Part shown: positions 1 through 10,232 of the stretch, piece by piece
Position numbering within the stretch: position 1 is the first letter of the stretch
Layout: every line of letters begins with the position of its first letter
Notes under the pieces: generated by a model
The model's database searches: none
What the model saw: only the letters and a program-made list of their open reading frames with translations
Told to the model about the DNA's origin: nothing
Assembly: GCA_038893995.1 (NCBI GenBank)
Contig: JAWAQK010000002.1
Span: forward strand, 20,529-84,528
Direction: 5' to 3'
DNA length: 64,000 nucleotides
Origin: Candidatus Thorarchaeota archaeon
Lineage (GTDB): Archaea; Asgardarchaeota; Thorarchaeia; Thorarchaeales; Thorarchaeaceae
Made by a program: the position numbers and the translations under genes

Positions 1-1
1 A

Positions 2-673
2 CGAATATCGATAGTTGGGGTTGGCAGAGAGATCCCTCTCCATGATCCTACTCTTCTTGACTCCAGTACTCTCAGTACTCTTCAGAGGAACATGATCAGG
101 TTCGAACCGTACTCATCCCAGCAGCTCTATGACATACTGAATGCCAGAGCTAAGATTGCGTTTCAACCAGGTGCCGTGATGGATGAAACCTTACAGCTGA
201 TATGCGACATCGCCTCGGAACACGGAGATGCAAGATATGCAATCGAACTGCTATGGCGCGCTGGCAAGCAGGCCGAACGTGAAAGGTCTGATAGAGTTGT
301 ACCTGATCATGTACGACTAGCTAAATCCGACATTCACCCAGAGATACGAAAAGAGGTCATCACCACGCTCCCTCTTCAGCTGAAGCTGCTGTTACTGGCA
401 ATCGCTCGACAGCTGAGAGAAACTCGCAATGCATATGTGACGATCGGTGAGGTGGAAGACATGTACAGGAGTGTTTGCGAGGAATATGGCGAAGAGCCTC
501 GTACACACACACAGATTTGGACGTGGGTCCAGGATCTTGGTGCACAGGACATCATTGAGGCAAAACGATCCAGTGTGGGCAGAAGAGGACAAACCACGCT
601 CATAGGTCTCTCTGAAGTTCCTGCAGAGATGTTGGAAGAATGTCTCCTTGAACTCATCGAGAAGGATGGATGA
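2..673 (+). CDS. cdc6: Orc1/Cdc6 replication initiator, C-terminal part (5' end outside window)
   Basis: Frame is open from the window edge. The lid/winged-helix region (IRFEPYSSQQLYDILNARA ... TQIWTWVQDLGAQDIIEAK) is typical of the archaeal Orc1/Cdc6 C-terminus. Confidence 0.8.
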   Translation, partial: RISIVGVGREIPLHDPTLLDSSTLSTLQRNMIRFEPYSSQQLYDILNARAKIAFQPGAVMDETLQLICDIASEHGDARYAIELLWRAGKQAERERSDRVVPDHVRLAKSDIHPEIRKEVITTLPLQLKLLLLAIARQLRETRNAYVTIGEVEDMYRSVCEEYGEEPRTHTQIWTWVQDLGAQDIIEAKRSSVGRRGQTTLIGLSEVPAEMLEECLLELIEKDG

Positions 674-962
674 AGTCATGGATACACATGGGAAAGACCG
701 GGTGTCGCTCGAACAGGTATTCTCTTCTAGAGGCAGGATCAAGATCATTAGGGAACTCGCCTTCTCAAACGAGCTAAACATATCAGAGATTTGCAAGAGA
801 GTGGGCCTCAACCACAGCACAACTAGGAGTCATCTTGATGTCCTCATTGCATCAGGCTTAATAGACGAAAAGATGTTTGGCCGAATCAAGATCTACAGAT
901 ACCGTCTCGAGGACATGCGTGCACGTTCACTCAAGAACCTGTTTGAGTTGTGGGAAGCATAG
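648..962 (+). CDS. ArsR/SmtB-family winged-helix transcriptional regulator (alternative starts at 666 or 678)
   Basis: 104 aa with an HTH signature: IIRELAFSNELNISEICKRVGLNHSTTRSHLDVLIASGLIDEKMFGRIKIYRL. Confidence 0.5.
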   Translation: MNSSRRMDEVMDTHGKDRVSLEQVFSSRGRIKIIRELAFSNELNISEICKRVGLNHSTTRSHLDVLIASGLIDEKMFGRIKIYRYRLEDMRARSLKNLFELWEA

Positions 963-1790
963 ATGCCATCGTATCTCTGCAGAGTGTTCTATCTGGGAAC
1001 CAACTACTATGGTTCACAGATTCAGCCCGGCTTACCCACCATACAGGGTGAATTGATAGACGCAATATCCCGCTGGAGTGGCGAAACGCATTCTGAAGAG
1101 TCTGTGAGGCTGGCCGGACGTACTGACAGAGGAGTACACAGCATAGGTCAACTTGTTCTAATAAGGACCGGTCTCCCCATATCGCTGAAAGAAATCAATA
1201 AACAACTACCAGACGATATCACCCTCTGGGCATTTCGTCAGGTTCCCTCAACCTATGAGCCTCGGTTTGAAGTTCTCCTGCGTCACTACTTGTACTGTCT
1301 AGAGATCTCTTCTCTCTCTCTTGACCTTGGGAGGATGTGCAATGCGGCCCGAATGTTGATTGGAACGCACGATTACTCTAGCCTGGCAAAACAAGATGGT
1401 AACAGACCAATGACTACTACTCTCCTGAACATCGATCTGTCCATTGCTGGCAATGTGCTGCTGATTGATGTCTATGGGACTGGCTTCCTCTGGAACCTCG
1501 TGCGTAGAATAGTGACCTTTCTCATGGATGTCGGAGTTGGTTTGCTCCCCGACGACGCCGCAAGGCTGATTCTAGATTCCTCCCCGCCCAGAAGATCTGG
1601 AAACAGGCCTTCCTACCCCGAAGGTCTGATTCTGGTTGAGTCTGCTGTTCCACTCTATCTAGCCCCGGATAAGGGGGCCATCAAGAGAATAAGAAAGACT
1701 ATCGCAACGAAGCTCGCCCTATACCAAAGATTATCGACTTCTCTAACCGTTGTAGATTGGATCACGTCAATGCAGCTTCTCATGGCTTGA
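963..1790 (+). CDS. truA: tRNA pseudouridine(38-40) synthase TruA/Pus1-like
   Basis: 275 aa with the catalytic motif AGRTDRGVHSIGQ (RTDxGVHA-type Asp motif). Confidence 0.75.
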   Translation: MPSYLCRVFYLGTNYYGSQIQPGLPTIQGELIDAISRWSGETHSEESVRLAGRTDRGVHSIGQLVLIRTGLPISLKEINKQLPDDITLWAFRQVPSTYEPRFEVLLRHYLYCLEISSLSLDLGRMCNAARMLIGTHDYSSLAKQDGNRPMTTTLLNIDLSIAGNVLLIDVYGTGFLWNLVRRIVTFLMDVGVGLLPDDAARLILDSSPPRRSGNRPSYPEGLILVESAVPLYLAPDKGAIKRIRKTIATKLALYQRLSTSLTVVDWITSMQLLMA

Positions 1791-2970
1791 CCCCGATCCA
1801 GTTCTGCATCAATTGTCCTTGACGCGGATTTCTCCGGACAATCTCTTTGATGACCCATAGAATCTCTGTTCTTGCTCGCGCATGAGAAATGCTTGCAGCT
1901 CTCGATATCATCTCGACCAGCAACTGTGTCTTCTCCAGTGCCTTTCCTCCCCTCCAGATCAATAACGGCCACTGCGGCTCAACATTCTCTACCTCTCTGT
2001 ATGGAGTTTCAGTCCTTGACCTCCCAACTCCGACCGAAATGAAATCGTATACATATCCCAGCATCTTCCAGTCTTGCCTTCTCATGATTCTTCCAAGCAC
2101 ATAGTCTGACAACGAGAGGGCGTCAAACCCACTTTCCAGTTCCTGTTCTGTGAGAAGGTACTTGCTGATGTTCTCTTCGAGCCATAGCACTAGCGTTTCA
2201 TGATCTACGTCTGTTTCCGCAACTGCCCTCCTCGCGCCATCAATGCTCGCAGCCATGAAAAGTCTCCTAATCGAACTAGAAACCCCGCGTAGGTGATCCC
2301 TGTCTGGTGGTTGCCATGTTTGACCATGATCAGACCTGCATGCAACCTCAAGGTCAAGAATGGCCGCTCTGAGGTCTCCTCCGGCTCTTTCTGCGATTGC
2401 CCTAAGGACTTCTTTCTCACACCTGGCGCCGCTTTCTCGCAAGACAACTGACAGGGCTTCCACTATCTTGTCCTCGGAAACTGGCTGGAATTGAAGGATC
2501 ATGCATTTCTTCTGGATAGCGTCAAAGCGTTTGTCCTCGATGTCATTTGCAGTCATTACTATAGGGTGCACTGCATGGTCAATGAGATCCTCGATTGCAC
2601 TTATTCCCCCTCTGTCGCTGGATCCTGAGATCCCATCGATCTCCTCGAGCAAGACAATTCTTCCCCTCCCATCGAGAGTTTCTTGTGTCGCTGATCTCCA
2701 GACCTGCGTTTCCACTACGGCCTTATTCCTGCTGTCGCTCGCATTGTACTCGACCAGTTCCAGGTTCAGGTCTCTCGAAAGTGCTACGACAGCTGATGTC
2801 TTTCCGATTCCTGGTCGTCCGACGAGTATTGCACCCCGATTCCTAGTGGTCTTCGGATCCCATCCTCTTACCCACTCGTAGAGCCTGTCGATCACTTCCT
2901 CATTTCCCACGAGGTCGCTCCGACACGTCGGCCTAAATCTCTCTGTCCACGGTTGGTCCACATTCGTCAT
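1780..2970 (-). CDS. rfcL: Replication factor C large subunit
   Basis: 396 aa, ERFRP...LVG, Walker A GRPGIGKTS, AAA+ clamp-loader architecture; adjacent to rfcS. Confidence 0.85.
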   Translation of the reverse strand: MTNVDQPWTERFRPTCRSDLVGNEEVIDRLYEWVRGWDPKTTRNRGAILVGRPGIGKTSAVVALSRDLNLELVEYNASDSRNKAVVETQVWRSATQETLDGRGRIVLLEEIDGISGSSDRGGISAIEDLIDHAVHPIVMTANDIEDKRFDAIQKKCMILQFQPVSEDKIVEALSVVLRESGARCEKEVLRAIAERAGGDLRAAILDLEVACRSDHGQTWQPPDRDHLRGVSSSIRRLFMAASIDGARRAVAETDVDHETLVLWLEENISKYLLTEQELESGFDALSLSDYVLGRIMRRQDWKMLGYVYDFISVGVGRSRTETPYREVENVEPQWPLLIWRGGKALEKTQLLVEMISRAASISHARARTEILWVIKEIVRRNPRQGQLMQNWIGVKP

Positions 2971-2973
2971 GTG

Positions 2974-3921
2974 CTATCTGTCTCCCATATGAACTAGAAG
3001 CGCAGTCATCTGGATCTCTCCATCCGCCCCCTCGGATATTCGAAACTCGGCCTCCGCAATTCGTTCGTAGATAGCAACCTGTTCCTTGGCTGACATACTC
3101 ATTTCCTCTACTATCCTGTGGACCTGACGGACCAAGTCATGGGGTGCTATCCCCTCTTGGTAGACCAAGTGTTTCATGATTTTCAATGCTTGTTCTAGTT
3201 TTCCGCCTTGCGACAATGTGATCATTTCCCTGATTGTGGCCGGGTCCGCCTGGCCCGAGATTGAATACACGATCTGACTGTTCAAAGTCTGCTTCAGTGA
3301 CGAGGCTGCCTGCAGCAGATTGATGGCTGCTCTCATGTCGCCCTCTGCAAGATAGAGAATTGCATCCATTCCTGTGTTGACAATCTTCACACCTTCGTTT
3401 TTGGCAATGAACTCTAAGCGCATTCGAATCACGTCGTCAGGGAGACGCGCAAATCGAAAGAGTGCACACCTAGACTGGATTGGTGGTATTATCTTGCTAG
3501 AGTAGTTACAAATCAGGATCATTCGACACGAATTTGCATGAGTTTCCATTGTCCTGCGCAGTGCATGCTGTGCGTCCGGCGTGAGATGGTCTGCCTCGTC
3601 CAGAACAAGTATCTTGAAGGGAGCATCCCCTGCCGGTACTGCACGCGCGAAATTTTTAACCTGATTCCGGACAACATCTATTCCTCTCTCATCGCTCGCG
3701 TTAAGCTCCATGAAGTTCTCATCAAAGGAGTCGCCAAAAAGATCCCGAGCCATTGCAATGGCCGCAGTTGTCTTGCTCGTACCTGGAGGTCCGCTAAATA
3801 GGCAGTGGGGGACGGCCTTTGCTTCCACAAAACTTCTTAGACTCTGAATGATGCTTTCCTGTCCCAAGATCTCCCTCAGTGTGCGTGGTCGGTACTTCTC
3901 GGTCCAAAGGCCCATGTCCAT
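2974..3921 (-). CDS. rfcS: Replication factor C small subunit
   Basis: 315 aa, EKYRP, Walker A GPPGTSKTT, Walker B VLDEAD, SRC motif (IQSRCALFRF). Confidence 0.9.
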   Translation of the reverse strand: MDMGLWTEKYRPRTLREILGQESIIQSLRSFVEAKAVPHCLFSGPPGTSKTTAAIAMARDLFGDSFDENFMELNASDERGIDVVRNQVKNFARAVPAGDAPFKILVLDEADHLTPDAQHALRRTMETHANSCRMILICNYSSKIIPPIQSRCALFRFARLPDDVIRMRLEFIAKNEGVKIVNTGMDAILYLAEGDMRAAINLLQAASSLKQTLNSQIVYSISGQADPATIREMITLSQGGKLEQALKIMKHLVYQEGIAPHDLVRQVHRIVEEMSMSAKEQVAIYERIAEAEFRISEGADGEIQMTALLVHMGDR

Positions 3922-4008
3922 TTCACATCACTCGTCCGCGGGACTCGCACTTAGAAACACCCTCAAAAATAGTTTCACATACTCTCAAAATCGAGGTGCA
4001 AACAAGAT

Positions 4009-4570
4009 GATGTCCCCCCTCTTCGCCGCCCAGGTCGCTGAGCGCGTGCAGATGCTCTTCAACAATGATTTTCGTTCATGTCAGTTCTCAAGGCCACTCC
4101 CCTCCATGAAACTGGGTGACCGTACAATCGGTCCCTTCGATGCCGGGAGCAGGGCTGAACTCCCTAATTGGATGATTGATATCCTGATCAGGAATGGTGT
4201 GGTCGAGTTGATGCCCGAAGATGCACTTGAGTCATCCATGAGAGTCAATAGTGCTAACGATCGTGAGAAGAGAGAGCCCGCTCTGCAGTCTGTCTGGCCA
4301 TACCTCTACTCTGCACTGAGATCCAAGATGCACCGGCTATCGCGCGACGCCTCCGAAATGGATCCGAAGACACATTCGGATCTTCAGACCACTAAGAAGA
4401 ACTTTGAGTCACTCTTGGAGAACCGGCTTACAAAGATCTTGCGGGTAGCCAAGTCCGGTTTCTACCAAGATAAGCTCAAGTTGATGACCTACGAAGAACA
4501 GTGGCTTTGCAAATCCATTGCGGACGTCATTACACGTTGGCGTGTAGCAGTATTGTCGTCTCGACCTTAG
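4009..4570 (+). CDS. GINS complex subunit (Gins51/Sld5-Psf1-like); ORF-track start at 3848 overlaps rfcS and is less likely
   Basis: About 187 aa. An A-domain-like helix with ELPNWMIDILIRNGVVEL (the LPxW(L/M)a..L...G motif of GINS subunits). Sits immediately upstream of mcm, as in many archaea. Confidence 0.5.
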
Positions 4571-4635
4571 CACTGCCGCTTATATACGGACATGACAAAC
4601 TAATACTTGCTCGACAGGTCTTCTCTGAGGCGAAT

Positions 4636-6711
4636 CCTATGGCTCTAGCAGACAACAGTTTGCAGTTGCGATTTGAGGACTTCCTTCGAAGCTACAAGGA
4701 TGAACATGGCACTCCCATATACTGGGTAAGAGTCCAGAACATGCCTATAGAGGGATCTACATCACTGACAGTGGACTTTCAGGAACTGGCCAGTTTCGAT
4801 AACGAATTCGCTAGGATTGCGAGAGAAGACCCCGACTTGATGTTGCTTCACTGTAATCGAGCATTGCTTGACGTCCTATCTCGTGAGGACCCAGACTACG
4901 TGAGTTCTCTCAGAGACAAAGACCTCCTTCGTATACGTATTGTCAACTACCCCGAGTACACTCCACTTCGTGCCATCAGATCCAAACACATTGGCAAACT
5001 CATCTACATCCGCGGGATCATGATGAGGGCCAGTGAAGTGAAACCCCTGCTAAGAGAGGCCCTGTTCCAGTGCAGGGTGTGCAAGCATGAATGGCATGAA
5101 CCTCAAGAAGAGGGCCGATATACTGAACCTCTGACATGCCCTGTGTGTAATGTGAAGACTCCTGTCCGTCTGATTCCCGAGAAGTCATATTTCACAGACT
5201 GGCAGAAGGTCCGAATACAAGAAACACCCGAGGAGCTTCCCCCAGGCCAGATGCCCAGGTCGCTTGATGTCATACTCGAGGGTGACATAGTTGACACATC
5301 TAGACCTGGAGACCTGGTGAAGATCTGTGGAATCTTGAGGACGTCTCCTGATTTCTCACGTAAGGGCAGCCGTCTGGCCACATTTAATGTCTACGTCGAA
5401 GCAAATGGCATTGAGATTGGCGAGAAAGAGTACGAAGAGCTAGAGATAAGCCCTGATGACGTGAAACAGATCGAGGAACTCTCACGCGATCCGTACGTTC
5501 ACCAAAGAATCTATGCATCGATCGCGCCGTCGATACAGGGATATGAACGTGTGAAGGAATCGATTGCGTTACTTCTGTTTGGTGGAGTCGGAAAGGTGTT
5601 GCCAGACGGGACTCGATTGAGGGGACGCTCGAATATACTCATGATTGGAGACCCGGGCACAGGCAAGAGCCAGATACTCAAGTTTATTGCAGGACTGGCA
5701 TCCAGGGGTCTGTACACCTCAGGCAAAGGCACCACAGCAGCAGGTTTGACGGCGGCCGTGATCCATGATACAGAAACGGGAGCAATGACTCTTGAGGCTG
5801 GAGCACTGGTACTGGCAGACCAGGGCATAGCTTGTATTGACGAGTTTGACAAGATGGATCCAGACGATAGAACTGCAATTCACGAGGCAATGGAACAACA
5901 TACAGTGAGTATCGCAAAGGCCGGGATTGTTGCCACACTCAATGCCCGGACCTCTATTCTTGCAGCAGCAAATCCCACACTGGGACGCTACGAACCCTCT
6001 CTTTCTCTTCAAGACAATATTCGGCTTCCATTCACGATCCTATCTCGGTTCGATCTAATATGGGTCATGATTGACACTGTTGAATCCACCAAGGACAGAG
6101 AGCTGGCTCGTTTCATCCTGACAATGCACCAGAGTCAGCGGACCCCTGACCAGAAGAGTGCTCCTCCAATTCCTCCCTCCCTGCTGAAGAAATACATCCG
6201 TCATGCAAGCAGGTTGAACCCACAGCTTACACCAGAGGCCGCTGAGGTCATTGAGAACTTCTACGTTGATCTACGAAAAACAGCGGAGGGCGGTGCCGGT
6301 CCGGTGCCGATAACTGCACGTCAATTGGAGTCTCTCGTGCGTTTAGCGGAGGCTCGTGCAAGAATGGCACTGAGGACAAAAGTCACCAAAGAGGACGCAC
6401 AAGCAGTGGTCAATCTGATGGAGGCATCTCTGCGGGATGTGGCCCTCGATCGTGTGACTGGCAAGATCGATATTGACACACTTGTTTCGAAGATGAGCGC
6501 TGCACAGAGGGGATCATCTGACATAATCCTCAAGGCCATGAAGGAGCTGGAGGCAGAGGGCTCCTCGACTGTGAGTGAAGAGGCGCTAGTGCAACGTGCA
6601 GCTCAGATGGGACTCTCTGTCGAACGCGCCCAAGAGGTGATCAAGAAGTTGCTTCAGGAAGGGATTCTATTCAACCCTCGAGAGGGGAAGATCAAGCGTG
6701 CACAGGGGTGA
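4636..6711 (+). CDS. mcm: MCM replicative helicase (alternative upstream start at 4501)
   Basis: Zinc finger CRVCKHEW...CPVCN, Walker A ILMIGDPGTGKSQ, Walker B CIDEFDKMD, arginine finger SRFDL, C-terminal winged helix; about 691 aa from 4636. Confidence 0.93.
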   Translation, partial: PMALADNSLQLRFEDFLRSYKDEHGTPIYWVRVQNMPIEGSTSLTVDFQELASFDNEFARIAREDPDLMLLHCNRALLDVLSREDPDYVSSLRDKDLLRIRIVNYPEYTPLRAIRSKHIGKLIYIRGIMMRASEVKPLLREALFQCRVCKHEWHEPQEEGRYTEPLTCPVCNVKTPVRLIPEKSYFTDWQKVRIQETPEELPPGQMPRSLDVILEGDIVDTSRPGDLVKICGILRTSPDFSRKGSRLATFNVYVEANGIEIGEKEYEELEISPDDVKQIEELSRDPYVHQRIYASIAPSIQGYERVKESIALLLFGGVGKVLPDGTRLRGRSNILMIGDPGTGKSQILKFIAGLASRGLYTSGKGTTAAGLTAAVIHDTETGAMTLEAGALVLADQGIACIDEFDKMDPDDRTAIHEAMEQHTVSIAKAGIVATLNARTSILAAANPTLGRYEPSLSLQDNIRLPFTILSRFDLIWVMIDTVESTKDRELARFILTMHQSQRTPDQKSAPPIPPSLLKKYIRHASRLNPQLTPEAAEVIENFYVDLRKTAEGGAGPVPITARQLESLVRLAEARARMALRTKVTKEDAQAVVNLMEASLRDVALDRVTGKIDIDTLVSKMSAAQRGSSDIILKAMKELEAEGSSTVSEEALVQRAAQMGLSVERAQEVIKKLLQEGILFNPREGKIKRAQG

Positions 6712-6726
6712 TCCGCCAACTTCCAA

Positions 6727-8958
6727 TTGACGGGGATGGTCAAGACGCTTGTAGGAGACCTTCCACTGAACCGAAGAGTCGTTGATGTTCTCAGAAACTT
6801 AGGTATCAATGAACTCTATCCTCCGCAAGAGCTCGCGTTTCGAAGCGGTGTCTTGGAGAGGAGAAACCTGGTACTATCCGCTCCCACAAGTTCAGGCAAG
6901 ACACTGGTTGCCGAGATATGTGCAGTTCACTCGATCCTGGAGCGTGGAGGCAAGGCCCTATACCTTGTTCCATTGAAATCTCTCGCGCGTGAGAAACTGT
7001 CGGAGTTTGCAAAGTACGAGTGTCTCGGGTTCTCCACAGTGGTTTCGGTCAGCGACTATGAGTCGTCACGACCAGAACTCGCAGATGCCGACATACTCAT
7101 TCTGACTAACGAGCGTGCTGACTCACTGATCCGTCAGAGGCCTGATTGGCTGAACGATGTCTCTGTGATGATTGCAGACGAGATTCACTTGGTTGGCGAC
7201 AAGACTCGTGGTCCAACGCTAGAGATGGTCATCGCTTGCATGAAACGTCTCTGTCAGGGCCTGCAGATCATAGCGCTCAGTGCAACAATACCCAATGTTG
7301 ATCAGATAGGTCGATGGCTAGATGCAGTTGTTGTCTCCAGTAACTGGAGACCTGTACCGCTTAGGGAAGGTGTACTGCTCGACAACGAGATCCACTACAG
7401 CGATTCATCAATCAGGGTCCTGACAGATACGGGTCGAACTGGCATAGAGAGTCTAATACAGACAGTCTTGAACGATGGTGGTCAAGTCTTGGTCTTTGTT
7501 TCGAGCCGTCGATCTGCAGTTTCACTTTCGAGAAGACTAGCTCCCTTGGCTGCATCACATCTGAGCGATGACGAACGCCATCAGCTATCCCTATATTCCA
7601 GAAGAATCAGTGTCGATGCATCTTCCCCTGTCTCCTCATCGGTTCTTCGCGAGATGATCGAACGTGGTTTGGCCTTTCATCATGCAGGACTATCAGATCG
7701 TGAGAGAGCAACAGTGGAGGATTGTTTCCGAAAACGTCTGCTAAAGATCATTGTTGCTACCCCTACACTTGCAGCAGGGGTCAATCTTCCGGCCCGCTGT
7801 GTCATAGTTCGTGATTACCGCCGCTTCGAGGATGGGTTGGGTAACAGACCTATCCCTGTATTGGAGTACAAGCAAATGGCTGGTAGGGCTGGCCGTCCGC
7901 TCTACGATACTTGTGGTGAAGGTATACTGATTGCACAGACCCCTGAGGAGCTCGATTTCCTTCATGACAACTATGTACTTGCTAATGCTGAGCCAACCGT
8001 TTCAAGGCTAAGGTCCACAAGGGCCCTTCGTTTTCATCTATTGGCCGCGATAGCTGGAGGGCTATCTAGAAACCTAGAGGAGATTCATGATCTTTTGGGC
8101 TATACCCTGTACTCTGTTCAGTTTCCCAGGCCTCGAATTGAAACAAGGCTGTCCCTAGCTCTGGAGTTCCTCGAACGCAAGGGCTTTGTGAAACACGAGT
8201 CTGGACAAATACTCCCCACATCCTTTGGACTTCGAACGTCTCGTCTCTACATCGATCCGCTGACAGCTGTCCTGTTCAGAAGTCGATTGCCAGACTCAGA
8301 TGACATTCCGGTCATTGGCCTCCTACATCTACTATGTCACACTCCAGATCAACCACTTGCGTATGTTTCACAGTCCGAGATCGATGAGTACTCCAATCTT
8401 CTCGAGTCATACATCGATGACCTCATTTTGAGCCCACCCTCTGAAGGCCCTCGATACTACCGATTTCTGTGCGAGTTGAAGACTGCATGCATACTTCACG
8501 ACTGGATATCCGAGAAGTCAGAACGCGAGATTACGGATCACTATAACATAGGAATGGGTGACGTCCATCGATATGTCGAGTCCACCCAGTGGCTGCTCTA
8601 CTCTGCAGGAGAGATTGCTCGTGTGCTAGGAATCCAAAAACCAGTGAAACTCCTACAAGAGATCCGACAACGCGTGAAGTACGGCGTCAATGCCGATCTT
8701 CTCGAGCTAGTTTCATTGAGGGGGGTGGGACGTGTCAGAGGGAGAATGCTGTACCAGCATGGACTGAAACGGCTTCAAGACCTATGTATGGCACCAGTTT
8801 CTCAGATAGCACGTGTACCGACTATCGGTCAATCACTGGCTGAATCCATAAAGCAGCAGCTGAGTGGTGTTGACAACCATGTCGGTTCACCGCCCCTAGA
8901 TGATGCCACTTTCGACAGCGACTACACAGGTCAGACTGTGCTCGATGACTTCGACTAG
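6727..8958 (+). CDS. hel308: Ski2-like DNA helicase Hel308/Hjm
   Basis: 743 aa with motif I APTSSGKT, DEIH box, motif VI QMAGRAGR, and the C-terminal ratchet/HhH region typical of Hel308. Confidence 0.88.
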   Translation: MTGMVKTLVGDLPLNRRVVDVLRNLGINELYPPQELAFRSGVLERRNLVLSAPTSSGKTLVAEICAVHSILERGGKALYLVPLKSLAREKLSEFAKYECLGFSTVVSVSDYESSRPELADADILILTNERADSLIRQRPDWLNDVSVMIADEIHLVGDKTRGPTLEMVIACMKRLCQGLQIIALSATIPNVDQIGRWLDAVVVSSNWRPVPLREGVLLDNEIHYSDSSIRVLTDTGRTGIESLIQTVLNDGGQVLVFVSSRRSAVSLSRRLAPLAASHLSDDERHQLSLYSRRISVDASSPVSSSVLREMIERGLAFHHAGLSDRERATVEDCFRKRLLKIIVATPTLAAGVNLPARCVIVRDYRRFEDGLGNRPIPVLEYKQMAGRAGRPLYDTCGEGILIAQTPEELDFLHDNYVLANAEPTVSRLRSTRALRFHLLAAIAGGLSRNLEEIHDLLGYTLYSVQFPRPRIETRLSLALEFLERKGFVKHESGQILPTSFGLRTSRLYIDPLTAVLFRSRLPDSDDIPVIGLLHLLCHTPDQPLAYVSQSEIDEYSNLLESYIDDLILSPPSEGPRYYRFLCELKTACILHDWISEKSEREITDHYNIGMGDVHRYVESTQWLLYSAGEIARVLGIQKPVKLLQEIRQRVKYGVNADLLELVSLRGVGRVRGRMLYQHGLKRLQDLCMAPVSQIARVPTIGQSLAESIKQQLSGVDNHVGSPPLDDATFDSDYTGQTVLDDFD

Positions 8959-10010
8959 TCAAAGAACCAGTCGTGGAGCTTCCTTTCTACGTAGTCGGCC
9001 AGCCTATCGGTCTCCTCAATCCGACCACTGGTCTTCACATGCCCCTCATCATAGTCCGTTACATCTCTGCCTGTCAGTTCCTCGACTAGGTTCAGTGATG
9101 CCCGGGCCATGACGTCAAGGTTATACCCCCCTTCTAGAAAGAAGGCCACTCTTCCTCTTGAATGGCTCTTTGCAAGCCTGGTGATTCTACGATTCATGGC
9201 CGCTATTCCACGGAGAGATAGACCGAGGTTGGTCAGCGGATCATCGAAGTGGCAGTCAAATCCCGCCGACACCAGCACGAATTCTGGCTTGTATACCTCC
9301 CCAATGGGCTCGATCACTCTTTCGAAGAGCAACTCGTAGTCCCGGTCTCCTGCGCCAGGATGGAGTGGCAGATTCACGTTGTACCCCCTCCCCTTTCCTT
9401 CGCCAATCTCGTCAGGATATCCAGTGCCGGGAAACAGCGTTCGTCCGTCCTGATGCAGTCCCACATAGAGCACTTGCTCTGTATCGTAGAATGCATTCTG
9501 AGTGCCGTTACCGTGGTGAGCATCGTAGTCTACTATCATTACCCGCTTGGTATCGAGCTCGTCTACCAGGTATTGTGCTGCCACAGCTATGTTGTTTATG
9601 AAACAGAAGCCGAGTGCTCTGCTCCTTTCAGCATGATGCCCGGGAGGTCTGCACATCACGTAGGCATTGTTACTAGCGTCTTGTCGGATCCTTTTGACCG
9701 CTTCTATACCTCCGCTCGCTGCGAGGAGCGCCGCCTCGTACGTATACGGGTTCCCCGCTGTGTCAGGTGTGAAGTATCCCCCTCCCATCTTCGACATTCT
9801 TTCTAGGCTCTGCAGATAGTCCTTACCATGAATTCGCAGCAGCGGTCGAGTGTCTGGCAGAGTTGGAGTCAACAACCTGACTTCCCGCTCCAGTAGGCCC
9901 GCCTCTCGGATCGTTTCGAGGCTTCTCTGGACCCTCTCCGGCCGTTCAGGATGACCGTGAGATATAACATGTTTGAGAAACATCTCATGGAAGACCAAAT
10001 CAGTGACCAT
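8955..10010 (-). CDS. Histone deacetylase-family protein (HDAC/AcuC/acetylpolyamine amidohydrolase-like)
   Basis: 351 aa with the HDAC signature PPGHHA, DYDAHHGNGTQ and FLEGGYN. Confidence 0.8.
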   Translation of the reverse strand: MVTDLVFHEMFLKHVISHGHPERPERVQRSLETIREAGLLEREVRLLTPTLPDTRPLLRIHGKDYLQSLERMSKMGGGYFTPDTAGNPYTYEAALLAASGGIEAVKRIRQDASNNAYVMCRPPGHHAERSRALGFCFINNIAVAAQYLVDELDTKRVMIVDYDAHHGNGTQNAFYDTEQVLYVGLHQDGRTLFPGTGYPDEIGEGKGRGYNVNLPLHPGAGDRDYELLFERVIEPIGEVYKPEFVLVSAGFDCHFDDPLTNLGLSLRGIAAMNRRITRLAKSHSRGRVAFFLEGGYNLDVMARASLNLVEELTGRDVTDYDEGHVKTSGRIEETDRLADYVERKLHDWFFD

Positions 10011-10096
10011 TCTCTACTCTCCTGGAACTCGGACCAGCATTTATCATACTCCTGTGACAACCTTTATTTTTACTTACACATCGAATCACAACACGT

Positions 10097-10232
10097 GGGT
10101 CGGTAGTCTAGCTTGGTATGATACTTGCTTGGGGTGGCCTGTTATTAGTTAGGGCCTCCAATATGCAAGAGGACGGGCGTTCAAGACCGCATGCGACTCA
10201 CGCATGCTCTGGAATTCGCCCCCGGCCCACCA
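10097..10232 (+). tRNA. tRNA-Pro(GGG) with two introns: 29 nt at position 37/38 and 30 nt inside the T-loop
   Basis: Acceptor GGGTCGG pairs with CCGGCCC, then A and an encoded CCA. Anticodon stem CTTGC/GCAAG is perfect; the loop TTGGGG is interrupted by a 29-nt insert containing a GGCC...GGCC hairpin. T-stem GGGCG/CGCCC flanks TTC[30 nt]AATT; the insert holds a 7-bp palindrome GCATGCG-ACTCA-CGCATGC. Confidence 0.6.

Noticed and set aside
3848-4008. Upstream ATG (3848) for the GINS-like gene
   Set aside because: It would overlap the start of rfcS on the opposite strand by 74 nt and add a non-conserved Ser/Arg-rich leader. The ATG at 4009, just after the divergent promoter region, is more plausible.
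10097-10232. Interpreting this element as a truncated tRNA or integrase att-site remnant rather than an intron-containing gene
   Set aside because: Both acceptor strands, both T-stem strands and both anticodon-stem strands are present and perfectly complementary, and an encoded CCA follows. Only internal loop regions are interrupted, as expected for introns.
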